Positions 8,763 to 17,561 of a stretch of DNA of 64,000 nucleotides are shown here, one piece after another. The DNA is from Thermoplasmata archaeon (GTDB taxonomy: Archaea > Thermoplasmatota > Thermoplasmata > Lutacidiplasmatales > UBA184), in contig DAHUYN010000007.1 in assembly GCA_027315165.1 (NCBI GenBank), forward strand, positions 10,260 to 74,259, written 5' to 3'. Position numbers and translations under genes: made by a program. Below the pieces are notes generated by a model. The model was not told the origin of the DNA, ran no database searches, and saw nothing but the letters and a program-made list of their open reading frames with translations. The stretch's first letter is position 1; every line of letters begins with the position of its first letter.

Positions 8763-9983
8763 TCAGAGGGGGAACGGCGGGAGCGAGGGGATCCGCACCG
8801 GCGGCTCGTCGACCCTCACGCCACGGCCGAGGGTGAGGTTCGTCACGTACTCGATCCGGCCCACGTGCGCGTCGCGCCCGACGTCGACCGAGTCCGCGAC
8901 GATGCGGCGGACCTCGGCGTCGGCGCCGACCTCGACGGAGCGGCCCCAGACCTCGCCGACGTGGCAGCGCCGGCCGAGCTCGACCGTACCGCCGACGAGC
9001 GGACCCTGCACCTCGGAGCCCCGGCCGATCTCGATCGAGTCGGCGCGGAGGCCGCCCTCGGTCGACACCGAGCCGCCGAGCTCGGCGGAGCCCGAGACGC
9101 GGGCGACGCGCGCGCGCATCGCCCCGCCGACCACGAGGCTGCCGGCGGCGAGGGCCCCGCCGACCTCGAGGACGCCCCCGACCTCGAGGGTCCCGCTGAG
9201 GGTGAGGTCCCCCGAGACCTCGAGGACCCCGCCGACCTCGGCGTCGGTCCCGCGGAGGGCCCCGCGCACCTGCGCGAAGCCGCCGACCTCGACCCGCTCG
9301 ACCGCGAGCTCGCCGTTTCCGTCGAGCCGGCCTCCGACCTCGAGGCGCCGGCCGGACGCCGGCCCGAGCTGGACGGTCCCGCCGACCTCGAGCGTGCCGA
9401 ACGTGAGCGGCTTCGTCGAGACGAAGCTGCCCCCGACCTCGATCGTCTCGGAGACGCTCCCGCCCCCGACGACGGCCTTTCCGCCCGCCGAGAGCCGCTC
9501 GAGCGCCGCGTCGGCGAGCTCCGCCGAACCCCCGACCTCGACGGAGCGGGCCCGGGTCCGGCCGCGGACCTCGAGGACGCCTCCCACGCTCACCGAGTCG
9601 GCCTCGAGGTCCGCCGTCGACCGGAAGGTCCCTCCGACCTCGACGTCCCGCAACGACGACGGCGCGGAGAGCTCGAGGCTCCGGTCGACCTCGACGCGCC
9701 CCGCGGTGAGGGGCCCGCGGATCTGCACGCTCGCGTCGTCCGCCCGAAGCTCTTCCTGCACCGTGACGGAGCTCTCGGCGAGAAGGCGACCGCTCTCGAC
9801 CTCGAGACGACGGCACTCGAACGGGGAGAGAAGGTGGGCGCTCCCTTCGAAGGTCGCTCGCCCCGCGACGACGATGCGGCCGCTCGCGTCGGCCGAGACC
9901 TCGACGTCGCCCTCCGCGACGAGGTCGCCGGCGACCTGTCCGAGCGCCGAGCGGGAGCCGCGGCCCAGATGGATGTCGCTCAT
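8763..9983 (-). CDS. bactofilin-like (polymer-forming cytoskeletal, beta-helix repeat) protein, unusually long
   Basis: The real start is taken at MSDIHLGRG (ATG near 9983) inside ORF 8763..11129. About 400 aa of tandem V-E-V-G-G / L-E-V-G-G beta-helical repeats typical of the bactofilin DUF583 fold. The upstream part of the ORF is Arg-rich junk overlapping the UDG gene. Confidence 0.6.
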   Translation of the reverse strand: MSDIHLGRGSRSALGQVAGDLVAEGDVEVSADASGRIVVAGRATFEGSAHLLSPFECRRLEVESGRLLAESSVTVQEELRADDASVQIRGPLTAGRVEVDRSLELSAPSSLRDVEVGGTFRSTADLEADSVSVGGVLEVRGRTRARSVEVGGSAELADAALERLSAGGKAVVGGGSVSETIEVGGSFVSTKPLTFGTLEVGGTVQLGPASGRRLEVGGRLDGNGELAVERVEVGGFAQVRGALRGTDAEVGGVLEVSGDLTLSGTLEVGGVLEVGGALAAGSLVVGGAMRARVARVSGSAELGGSVSTEGGLRADSIEIGRGSEVQGPLVGGTVELGRRCHVGEVWGRSVEVGADAEVRRIVADSVDVGRDAHVGRIEYVTNLTLGRGVRVDEPPVRIPSLPPFPL

Positions 9984-10159
9984 CGTATCCCCCAAGCCCC
10001 CGAGATTAGAAGACGGTAGTTCACCCCTCGTGAGCACCGGAACGTCGCCCGGAGCGGGCCCGGACGACCGGCGCGTCCCGGTCGAGGCTTGCGGCGCGAG
10101 ACCCGGGGGGTCCGACCGCGACCGACCGAGCCAAATGCCCCTGCCGTCCTCCCCCTCGG

Positions 10160-10483
10160 ATGGCTCCCAGGGCCGGGGCGGTCCGCGAACGGGTCGGTCC
10201 GCTCGACGACGCCGCCGCCGAGGCGAACCGTCGCCTCGCCGAGCTGGGCTGGCCCGTCGTGGTCGAGACCGGGCGCGCGGGAGGCCGGGTCCTCCGGCTT
10301 CGATATGTCGGGGCGCGCGACCGTCGCTCGAGAGACGACACCGCCCGACTCGAGATCCCCGCGGCGGAGCCGGGAGCGGCGGCCGAGGTCGTCCTCGAAG
10401 AGGTCCGACGTCGCGGCTGGGACGCGCGACCCCGGCCGACGCTCCGCAGCCCCCGCTCGTCGGTCTGGTGCGACCCTCCCTGA
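10160..10483 (+). CDS. hypothetical small protein
   Basis: 107-aa ORF with protein-like composition (ANRRLAELGWPVVVETGRAGGRVLRLRYVG...AAEVVLEEVRRRGWD), located between the bactofilin-like gene and udg. No homology recognised. Confidence 0.3.
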   Translation: MAPRAGAVRERVGPLDDAAAEANRRLAELGWPVVVETGRAGGRVLRLRYVGARDRRSRDDTARLEIPAAEPGAAAEVVLEEVRRRGWDARPRPTLRSPRSSVWCDPP

Positions 10484-10526
10484 CCGTCCGCGGAGCGGTT
10501 ATCTCCGCGGACCCTCTCCGCCGCCG

Positions 10527-11219
10527 ATGCCGGGGGCCTCGTCGCTCGCCGCGCTGACGGCCGAGCTCGTCGCCTGTCGCCGCTGCCCGCGCCTCGTCGC
10601 CTTCCGCGAGCGGGTCGCGCTCGAGAAGAAGCGGGCCTTCGCGTCCGAGACCTACTGGGGACGGCCGGTCCCCGGCTTCGGCGACCCCGAGGCGCGCCTC
10701 GTCGTCGTCGGGCTCGCCCCGGCGGCCCACGGCTCCAACCGGACGGGTCGGGTCTTCACGGGGGACCGCTCGGCGGCGTTCCTCGTTCGGAGTCTCTACG
10801 ATGCGGGGTTCGCGAGCCAGCCGACCTCCGAGCGCCGCGGGGACGGCCTCCGGTACCGCGACGCCTACGTCACGGCCGCCGTGCGGTGCGTCCCGCCGGA
10901 CAACCGGCCCCGGCCCGACGAGTGGGGCCGATGCCGGGGCTTCCTCGAGGGCGAGTTCGCCTTGCTGTCGAACGCGCGCGCCTACCTGGCGCTCGGTGGG
11001 TTCGCCTTCGACGCGACCCTCGACGCCGCGGCCCAGGTCCATCGGGTCCCCCGACCCCGGGCGACCTTCGCCCACGGGGCCTGCGTCCCGCTCGGCCCGG
11101 GCAAGCCGCTCGTCCTCGGTTCCTACCACCCGAGCCCGCAGAACACGAACACCGGTCGGCTCTCCCCGGCGATGCTCCGATCGGTCCTCGAGCTCGCGCG
11201 GGCCTCCTACACGAGATAG
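10527..11219 (+). CDS. udg: uracil-DNA glycosylase superfamily protein, Fe-S type (family 4/5; the GLAPA motif suggests UDGb)
   Basis: Internal ATG of ORF 10089..11219. CRRCPRL Fe-S Cys motif near the N-terminus, GLAPAAHGSNRTGRVFTGD, and a C-terminal GSYHPSPQN (HPS motif). Confidence 0.8.
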   Translation: MPGASSLAALTAELVACRRCPRLVAFRERVALEKKRAFASETYWGRPVPGFGDPEARLVVVGLAPAAHGSNRTGRVFTGDRSAAFLVRSLYDAGFASQPTSERRGDGLRYRDAYVTAAVRCVPPDNRPRPDEWGRCRGFLEGEFALLSNARAYLALGGFAFDATLDAAAQVHRVPRPRATFAHGACVPLGPGKPLVLGSYHPSPQNTNTGRLSPAMLRSVLELARASYTR

Positions 11220-11261
11220 CGCGGGCCGGCAACGTTAACCCCGTCCACCCGTCCCCCCGGC

Positions 11262-13232
11262 GTGGGCCACTTCGAGCTGCTCGAGCGCGACGGCCTCGCG
11301 CGCCTGGGCCGGCTCGAGACCCCGCACGGCCCCATCGAGACCCCGGCGCTCCTGCCCGTGGTCCACCCGGACCCCGCCCGGCAGCCCGTCGCCCCCTCCG
11401 AGCTCCGCCGCCGGTTCGGCCTCAACGCCGTGATCACCTCCTCGTACATCACCTACCGGACCCCGGAGCTCCGCCGCGTCGCCGAGGAGACCGGGATCCA
11501 CGGGCTCCTCAAGTTCGACGGGCCCGTGATGACCGACTCGGGGGCCTTCCAGCAGCACGCCTACGGCCGTGTCGAGGTGACCGCGGAGGAGATCCACGCC
11601 TTCCAGCGACGGATCGGGAGCGACATCCCGACGGTCCTCGACATCTTCGTCGAACCGGAGGCGACCGAGGCCGAGGCCGAGCGCGGGGTCGAGGAGACGC
11701 TCACGAGAGCCCGCGCCGCGCGCGAGCTCACACGAGGGCTCCTCGCCGTGCCCGTGCAAGGCGGCCGGTTCGCCGAGCTCCGGCACCGGTCCGCGGCCGG
11801 CGCGAGCGAGCTCGCCGACGTCCTCGCGGTCGGCGGGGTCGTGCCGCTCCTCGAGCGGTACCGGTACGCCGACCTCGCGCGCGCGCTCGTCGCCGCGAGG
11901 CCGGCGCTCGCGCCCGAGTGCGCCGTCCACCTCTTCGGCGCCGGGCACCCGATGGTCTTCGCGTTCGCGGCGTTGTTCGGCGTCGACCTGTTCGACTCCT
12001 CCTCCTACCTCAAGTTCGCCCGACGCGGGGACCTGTTGTTCGCGCACGGGACCGTGCCGGTCGACGGGCTTCGGGAGGCGACCTGCCGCTGCCAGCTCTG
12101 CGCCGAGATGCCGCTTCCCGAGGTCGCGAAGCGGCCGGCCCTCGAGCGGGAGCGGCGCCTCGCCGAGCACAACCTCCTGATGTGCGCCCAAGAGGTCGCG
12201 GAGGTCCGCCAGGCGATCCGCGACGGGAACCTCTGGGAGCTCGCCGAGCGGCGTGCGTCGGCCCACCCGGCCCTGCTCGCCGGCCTCAAGGCCGCGGTGC
12301 GGGGGGTCCGCGTCTTCCTCCCGGCGGAGCCCGAGAGCCGGACCAGCTTCCGCTACGTCGGCGCGACGAGCGGGCTCCGGCCCTCGGTGATCCGCTTCCT
12401 CGCCCACGCCGAACGCTGGAGGTCGGGGAAGGGGCCGTTCCGCGACCACGACTGGGTCCCGCTGCACCCGGCGACGCTCTCGAGGACGCCGACCGAGGAC
12501 CGGTCGGGTCGGCCGCTCTGGTGGGGGGTCCTCTCGAGCTTCGGCCCGGTCCCGCTCGAATTGACCGACCTCTATCCTCTCGGCTGCTACGTCGGGCCGG
12601 ACGAGTTCGACGAGGCCGGCCTCCGACGGCTCTCCGAGGCGGCGGCCCGGCCTCCCCGCCCCGACGTGCTCGAGGGCGTCGACTGGGACGCCGACCGCGA
12701 CTGGGCCCCGCGCTGGGAGGCGCGGCTCCGGGTCGCCCTTCTCGAGTACGCCTACGGCGCGGCCGCGTCCAAGACCCTCGAGGCGGGCGGGCTCTCCGTC
12801 GAGCGCTCGCGCCGCAGCGGTCGGCCGCGCGCCTACCTCTCGGCGAACGCGAGGGCGTTCATCCTGGGCCCGGACGGGCTGCCCCGGCCGACCTGGCGCG
12901 GCGCCGCGCTCCTCCACGCGGCGCTCCCCCGACCGGCGCGGCGGATCGTCGTCGACGCCGAGGCCGCCCCGTTCGTCGCCGAGGGCCGGAGCCTCTTCTC
13001 CCGCTTCGTTCGAGGAGGGGACTCCTCGCTCATCCCCGGGGCGAGCGCGCTCCTCGTCGATCCGGACGACCGCCTCCTCGCCGTCGGCCGGCTGCTCTTG
13101 GCTCCGCACGAGATGGGCCGGCTCACCCGCGGCGTCGCGGTCCGCGTGACGGCGCACGCGCGCCGGCCCGAGGAGCTTGCGCCCCCCGAGCCGGAGGCGC
13201 CGTCCCCCGGGCCCCCCTCCGACGAACCTTAA
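11262..13232 (+). CDS. tgtA: archaeosine tRNA-guanine transglycosylase (ArcTGT) with C-terminal PUA-type domains
   Basis: 656 aa. The N-terminal TIM-barrel TGT region (VMTDSGAFQQ, zinc site CRCQLC) is followed by long C-terminal domains as in archaeal TgtA. Confidence 0.85.
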   Translation: MGHFELLERDGLARLGRLETPHGPIETPALLPVVHPDPARQPVAPSELRRRFGLNAVITSSYITYRTPELRRVAEETGIHGLLKFDGPVMTDSGAFQQHAYGRVEVTAEEIHAFQRRIGSDIPTVLDIFVEPEATEAEAERGVEETLTRARAARELTRGLLAVPVQGGRFAELRHRSAAGASELADVLAVGGVVPLLERYRYADLARALVAARPALAPECAVHLFGAGHPMVFAFAALFGVDLFDSSSYLKFARRGDLLFAHGTVPVDGLREATCRCQLCAEMPLPEVAKRPALERERRLAEHNLLMCAQEVAEVRQAIRDGNLWELAERRASAHPALLAGLKAAVRGVRVFLPAEPESRTSFRYVGATSGLRPSVIRFLAHAERWRSGKGPFRDHDWVPLHPATLSRTPTEDRSGRPLWWGVLSSFGPVPLELTDLYPLGCYVGPDEFDEAGLRRLSEAAARPPRPDVLEGVDWDADRDWAPRWEARLRVALLEYAYGAAASKTLEAGGLSVERSRRSGRPRAYLSANARAFILGPDGLPRPTWRGAALLHAALPRPARRIVVDAEAAPFVAEGRSLFSRFVRGGDSSLIPGASALLVDPDDRLLAVGRLLLAPHEMGRLTRGVAVRVTAHARRPEELAPPEPEAPSPGPPSDEP

Positions 13233-13267
13233 GCCTCCCCGGTCGCATCCTGGGCCGGGCCCGATTC

Positions 13268-13504
13268 GTGACGAAGACGTTCCTGCTCCTGCAGTTCGAC
13301 AGCGAAGGAGCCCCGTACTCGAGGGTCGCCGACATCCTCGAGGACCTCGGGTTCCGCGCGCTCGGCGAGGGGTACGACTTCGTCTACGAGTGGGGGCGGC
13401 CCGTCACGGTCGGCGAGTCCCTCGGCTTCGCCGACCGCATCCAGGCCGCGCTCGCGGGGACCCGCGTCCGCTTCCGCGTCGAGTCGAGCGACGAGGAAGG
13501 CTGA
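13268..13504 (+). CDS. hypothetical small protein (about 78 aa, GTG start)
   Basis: Tail of the artefactual ORF 10886..13504: VTKTFLLLQFDSEGAPYSRVADILEDLGFRALGEGYDFVYEWGRPVTVGESLGFADRIQAALAGTRVRFRVESSDEEG. The composition looks globular and the ORF lies between tgtA and kae1 on the same strand. Confidence 0.4.
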   Translation: MTKTFLLLQFDSEGAPYSRVADILEDLGFRALGEGYDFVYEWGRPVTVGESLGFADRIQAALAGTRVRFRVESSDEEG

Positions 13505-13541
13505 CCGGCGACCTTTTCCGCTCGGCTCCGCTGCGATCGCA

Positions 13542-14558
13542 ATGGTGATCCTCGGCATCGAGTCGACGGCCCACACCGCCTCCGTCGGCATCGTCACCGA
13601 GCAGGCCGAGGTCCTCGGCCTCGCCACCGACATGTACCGCCCGACGGCGGGCGGCATCCACCCGAGAGAGGCGGCGAACCACCACGTCGCCGTTCTTCCC
13701 GGCCTCGTCCTCGACGCGCTCGAGCGCGCCCACGTCCGACCGAGCGAGATCGACGCCGTCGCCTTCGCGCAGGGTCCGGGCCTCGGCCCGTGCCTGCGCG
13801 CCGGCGCCACGGTCGCGAGGACGCTCGCGCTCGGCTGGGACCGGCCCCTCGTCCCCGTGAACCACTGCGTCGCCCACGTCGAGATCGCCCGCGTCCTCTC
13901 CGGGCTCGACGACCCGATGCTCCTCTACGCGAGCGGCGGCAACACGCAGGTCATCGCGCACCACTCGGGGCGGTACCGGGTCTTGGGCGAGACCCTCGAC
14001 ATCGGCATCGGGAACTTCCTGGACAAGCTCTGGATCGCCCTCGGCGGGACGTTCCCGGGCGGGCCGGCGCTCGAGAAGGAGGCGCGCTTGGGGGCCGAGC
14101 TGCTCTCCCTCCCCTACTCGGTCCACGGCATGGACGTCGCGTTCAGCGGCCTCTACACGGCCGCGCTCGCCCACCGCGCGTCGGGGGCCGCGCGCCCGGA
14201 CCTCGCCTACTCGGTCGAGGTCACCGCCTACTCGATGCTCACGGAGATCACCGAGAGGGCCCTCGCCCACCGGCATCGGGAGCGGGTCGTCCTCGGCGGC
14301 GGCGTCGCCTGCAACGAACGGCTGCGCACGATGGTCAAGACGATGGTCGAGGGGCGGAACGGGACGATGTTCGCGCCGCCTCCCTCGCTGTGCGTCGACA
14401 ACGGGGCGATGATCGCCTGGACCGGGCATCTCGCGCTCTCGAGCGGGCTCTCGGTCCCCGTCGAGGCCTCGGCCGTCCAGCCGCGGCAGCGGACCGACCT
14501 CGTCCCCGCGCCGTGGCGGAGCGGCGGAGCCCTCGGCGTCCGCCCGGCCCCGGTCTAA
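13542..14558 (+). CDS. kae1: tRNA N6-adenosine threonylcarbamoyltransferase Kae1
   Basis: 338 aa with Kae1/TsaD ASKHA-fold motifs (ILGIESTAHT, HCVAHVE metal site, ASGGNTQ). Confidence 0.9.
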   Translation: MVILGIESTAHTASVGIVTEQAEVLGLATDMYRPTAGGIHPREAANHHVAVLPGLVLDALERAHVRPSEIDAVAFAQGPGLGPCLRAGATVARTLALGWDRPLVPVNHCVAHVEIARVLSGLDDPMLLYASGGNTQVIAHHSGRYRVLGETLDIGIGNFLDKLWIALGGTFPGGPALEKEARLGAELLSLPYSVHGMDVAFSGLYTAALAHRASGAARPDLAYSVEVTAYSMLTEITERALAHRHRERVVLGGGVACNERLRTMVKTMVEGRNGTMFAPPPSLCVDNGAMIAWTGHLALSSGLSVPVEASAVQPRQRTDLVPAPWRSGGALGVRPAPV

Positions 14559-15541
14559 TCGACGCGCAGGCCCAGCCAGGTCAGGCGCTCGCTGCCCGCG
14601 TGGTGCGTCTCGAGCGCGACCTCGGGCGTGATCGCGACCCGCGGCTGCGGCGCGCCGTACGGCGCTCCGTCCCCCGGGACCGCGCCCGCCGTCGCGAGCC
14701 GCGGGCCTTCGACGCCGCCGCCGATGGCGGCGGTCGCGCTCGAGTGGTAGTCGATCTCGATCGTGTGACCCGTGCCGTAGAGCTTGCCGAGGCAGGACGG
14801 CGTCGTCGCGCCCGTGCCGTCGAGCTTGTTGAGCGCGAGGCTCGGCCCGGCCGAGCTCGGCTGGTTGTCGACGAACAGCGTGAGCGTGTGGCTCGCGTCG
14901 GCGGGGAGCCCGAGGAGGTCGTTCGAGGTGTAGTCGATCGTGTGCGTCGAGTAGGAGCTGTTGACGTAGGCCGAGACGTAGGAGGCCTGCCAGACCTGGA
15001 AGAACTCGCCGAGCGTGTAGGTGTACGCCCACGCCGACTCGACCGAGATCGCCGTCGCGGGGCGACCGGCGCTCGCGGGGGTCGTGTGGATCGGCAGCGT
15101 GCACGTGTAGCTCGAGAAGTTCGAGCTGACGCCGATCGCGGGCGGGAGCGGCACGCGGCCCCCGCTCACCAGGATCGTGAGCTCGGGGTAGGTCTGGTAC
15201 ACCGGCGTGTCGCCGGGGCACCAGCTCGTCGAAAAGCCGCTCGCGGTCGTGTTCGCCGCCGGGAACGCCGGCGAGCCGCTCTGGGCGGGGATCGGCTGGA
15301 ACTCGAGGCACGGCGGCTGGAACAGCACGCCCGCGCCGTAGGCGACGAGGAGCACGACGGCCACGATGGCGACGGCCGCGGCGAGCGGCAGGACGGCGCG
15401 ACGCCAGCCGGTCGCGGGCGTTCGAGGCCGCTTGCCCCGACCGTCCTTCCGCCGCTCCTCGCGGCGCCGCTCGCGCCGCTCCTCGGTCGTCAGCTCGGCG
15501 GCCGGTCGGTCGTCGGCGGTCTTGAGGCGGCGCTTGGCCAC
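14555..15541 (-). CDS. membrane-anchored extracellular protein of unknown function
   Basis: 328 aa. A highly basic N-terminal cytoplasmic region is followed by a single TM (VLPLAAAVAIVAVVLLVAYGA) and a Ser/Thr/Tyr-rich extracellular domain with N-x-S/T sequons. Confidence 0.5.
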   Translation of the reverse strand: MAKRRLKTADDRPAAELTTEERRERRREERRKDGRGKRPRTPATGWRRAVLPLAAAVAIVAVVLLVAYGAGVLFQPPCLEFQPIPAQSGSPAFPAANTTASGFSTSWCPGDTPVYQTYPELTILVSGGRVPLPPAIGVSSNFSSYTCTLPIHTTPASAGRPATAISVESAWAYTYTLGEFFQVWQASYVSAYVNSSYSTHTIDYTSNDLLGLPADASHTLTLFVDNQPSSAGPSLALNKLDGTGATTPSCLGKLYGTGHTIEIDYHSSATAAIGGGVEGPRLATAGAVPGDGAPYGAPQPRVAITPEVALETHHAGSERLTWLGLRVD

Positions 15542-15544
15542 GGC

Positions 15545-15578
15545 GGCGCGAGTGGGGCACTCCCCTTAAGCTCGCGCC
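15545..15578. promoter_or_regulatory. nested palindrome (GGCGCGAG...CTCGCGCC with an inner GGGG-cact-CCCC and CTTAAG) in a divergent promoter region
   Basis: 8-bp perfect inverted repeat arms separated by 18 nt, immediately upstream of the minus-strand membrane-protein gene start (15541) and 20 nt before the GGR TATA box. Confidence 0.3.
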
Positions 15579-15597
15579 ACCCGGCGCCCCGCGACCC

Positions 15598-15605
15598 TAT
15601 ATCCT
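15598..15605 (+). promoter_or_regulatory. TATA-like box (CTATATCC) for the leaderless GGR gene
   Basis: 23 nt upstream of the ATG at 15628. Confidence 0.4.
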
Positions 15606-15627
15606 AGGCGCGACGCTCGGGGGAACG

Positions 15628-16878
15628 ATGCGACGGACCGAGGTGCTCGTCGTCGGCGCCGGCCCCGCCGGCTCGACGATCGCCGAGCGGCTCTCGCGCC
15701 AGGGCCACGACGTCGTCGTGCTCGAAGAGCACGCCCGCGTCGGGCACCCGGTCCAGTGCGCCGGCCTCGTCTCGGACCGGGCGCTCTCGCTCGCCGGGAG
15801 CCGCGCGATGGTCCGGACGCCGGTGCACGGCGCCACGGTCCTCTCGCCGGCGCTCCGCGCCGTCTCGTTCAAGGCCCCCGTGCCGAGGGCGTTCGTCATC
15901 GACCGGGCCGCCCTCGACGTCCATCTCGCCGACCGCGCCGCTCGCGCCGGGGCCACGTTCGAGACCGGCGTCCGGTTCGACGGCGTCGCGGGCCGCCAGG
16001 ACGGGCTCACGCGGATCGCCGCGAGCGATGCCGACGGGGGGGCCCGAGAGTACGAGGCCCGGCTCGTCGTCGGCGCCGACGGCGTGGCGAGCGCCGTCGC
16101 GCGGGCGTTCCGCCTCCGGCGCCCGGTCGAGATCCTGCCGGCGTTCGAGGCGGAGTTCGCCGAGAGCCCGGGCGACCCGGACGAGGTCGAGGTCCACCTG
16201 GGCCGCACGGTCTCGCCCGGCCTCTTCGGCTGGTGGATCCCCGACGGAGCGGGCGGCGCGCGCATCGGCGTCGCGGTGACGCCCGGCGCGACGACGGCCC
16301 GCGCGTACTTCGACCGCCTGGTCGCGCGGATCGAGGCCCGGCACGGCCGGCCCCTCCGCAGCCCGCTCAGCCTCGTCGCCTCGGGGATCCCGATCGGGAC
16401 CGTCCCGAGGCTCTACGGCGACGGCGTGCTCCTCGTCGGAGACGCGGCGGCCCAGGTCAAGCCGCTGTCCGGCGGAGGGATCTTCACGGGGATGCGCGCC
16501 GCCGAGCTCGCCGGTGAGGTGGCGCACGAGGCGCTCGTCGCGGGGGACGCCTCGGCGGCGCGCCTCGCCCGGTACGAGGCGCTCTGGCGGCACGAGCTCG
16601 GCGAGGAGTTCCAGCGCGCGCTCTACCTCCGTCGCCTCTTCCTGAGGCTCTCCGACGCGGAGTTCGAGAGGCTCCTCGAAGCGCTCCAGGGCTCAGAGAT
16701 GAAGGCGTCGATCGTCGCGTTCGGCGACATCGACTTCCCCACACACGTCGCGGGACAGCTCCTGCGTCAGTCGCCGTCCCTGGTGCGCCTCTTCCCGAAG
16801 GCCCTCGGCGCCTGGCTCGGCGGCCGTGGGCCGCTCGCCCCGGACCTCGAGCCGGGTCCCGGCCGCCAGGCGACGTAG
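15628..16878 (+). CDS. geranylgeranyl reductase family (digeranylgeranylglycerophospholipid reductase-like, FAD-dependent)
   Basis: 416 aa. N-terminal FAD motif VLVVGAGPAGS and GGR-like middle region. This is the archaeal lipid-saturating enzyme family. Confidence 0.8.
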   Translation: MRRTEVLVVGAGPAGSTIAERLSRQGHDVVVLEEHARVGHPVQCAGLVSDRALSLAGSRAMVRTPVHGATVLSPALRAVSFKAPVPRAFVIDRAALDVHLADRAARAGATFETGVRFDGVAGRQDGLTRIAASDADGGAREYEARLVVGADGVASAVARAFRLRRPVEILPAFEAEFAESPGDPDEVEVHLGRTVSPGLFGWWIPDGAGGARIGVAVTPGATTARAYFDRLVARIEARHGRPLRSPLSLVASGIPIGTVPRLYGDGVLLVGDAAAQVKPLSGGGIFTGMRAAELAGEVAHEALVAGDASAARLARYEALWRHELGEEFQRALYLRRLFLRLSDAEFERLLEALQGSEMKASIVAFGDIDFPTHVAGQLLRQSPSLVRLFPKALGAWLGGRGPLAPDLEPGPGRQAT

Positions 16879-17561
16879 CCGCCCGCCGCGGCGAGCACGA
16901 TCGCCGCCGCCAGGATCGCCCAGAGCACCGGCGGGTACGGGTTCTGCCGAACGAGGACCGCCGTCTCCGGCACCACCCCCGAGACGCCGAGGGCGCTCAG
17001 GTTGAGCGTCGACGCGCCGCCCGGCGCCGACGTCGCCGCGGACCACGCCGCCGCCGAGAAGAAGCCTCGCGACTCGAAGAGATAGCTCGTCCCGTTCGCC
17101 GCGAACGTGACCGAGAGGCGGAGCGCGTAGGTCCCGACGGGGGCCGCCGCGTCGGTCGAGACCCCGACCGACTCGCCGACGGAGGCGCCGCTGTCGAGGG
17201 ACGCGACGAGCAACGTCACCGAAGGGCCGCTCGAGCCCGCGGCCGAGAGCGTCGGCACGTCGCTCGGGAGCGGGCCCGTCGCGTTGCCCGGGTAGGCGTT
17301 GAACTCGTACCAGGCGACCGTCAGGCGGAGCCCCAAGAGCGGGGCCTGGAGCGGGTCGGAGAGAATGAGCGCGAGGCTCCCCGACGCGCCCGGCGCCAGG
17401 ACCGGGGCGGAGAGACCCGAGAGGAGGAGCGAGCCGTCCGCGACGGGAAGCACCGGCGGCGACGTGGCCTCGGCCGATGCGAGGACGCTCGGGGCGACGA
17501 GGACCGCGAGGAGGACGAGCGCAGCCGGGGCGTTCCCCCGGAGGGCCCTAGGCCGGCCCAC
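16767..17561 (-). CDS. secreted/membrane-anchored protein (signal peptide, C-terminal TM), unknown function
   Basis: 264 aa with an N-terminal signal-like LVLLAVLVAPSVLASA, N-x-S/T sequons, and a C-terminal TM LWAILAAAIVLAAAGGYVAW. It overlaps the 3' end of the GGR gene by about 110 nt (convergent). Confidence 0.45.
   Translation of the reverse strand: MGRPRALRGNAPAALVLLAVLVAPSVLASAEATSPPVLPVADGSLLLSGLSAPVLAPGASGSLALILSDPLQAPLLGLRLTVAWYEFNAYPGNATGPLPSDVPTLSAAGSSGPSVTLLVASLDSGASVGESVGVSTDAAAPVGTYALRLSVTFAANGTSYLFESRGFFSAAAWSAATSAPGGASTLNLSALGVSGVVPETAVLVRQNPYPPVLWAILAAAIVLAAAGGYVAWRPGPGSRSGASGPRPPSQAPRAFGKRRTRDGD

Noticed and set aside
8560-13504. Long ORFs 8560..9816, 8754..10019, 8833..10557, 10886..13504 and 11235..13157 in alternative frames
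   Set aside because: Extremely Arg/Pro/Gly-rich translations that overlap confidently identified genes (the bactofilin-like gene, udg, tgtA). Only the last roughly 78 codons of 10886..13504 (after tgtA ends) are retained as a possible small gene.
13404-16593. ORFs 13404..15560 (minus), 13790..15607 (plus) and 15604..16593 (minus)
   Set aside because: Low-complexity R/G/P/D-rich frames overlapping kae1, the 328-aa membrane-protein gene and the GGR gene.
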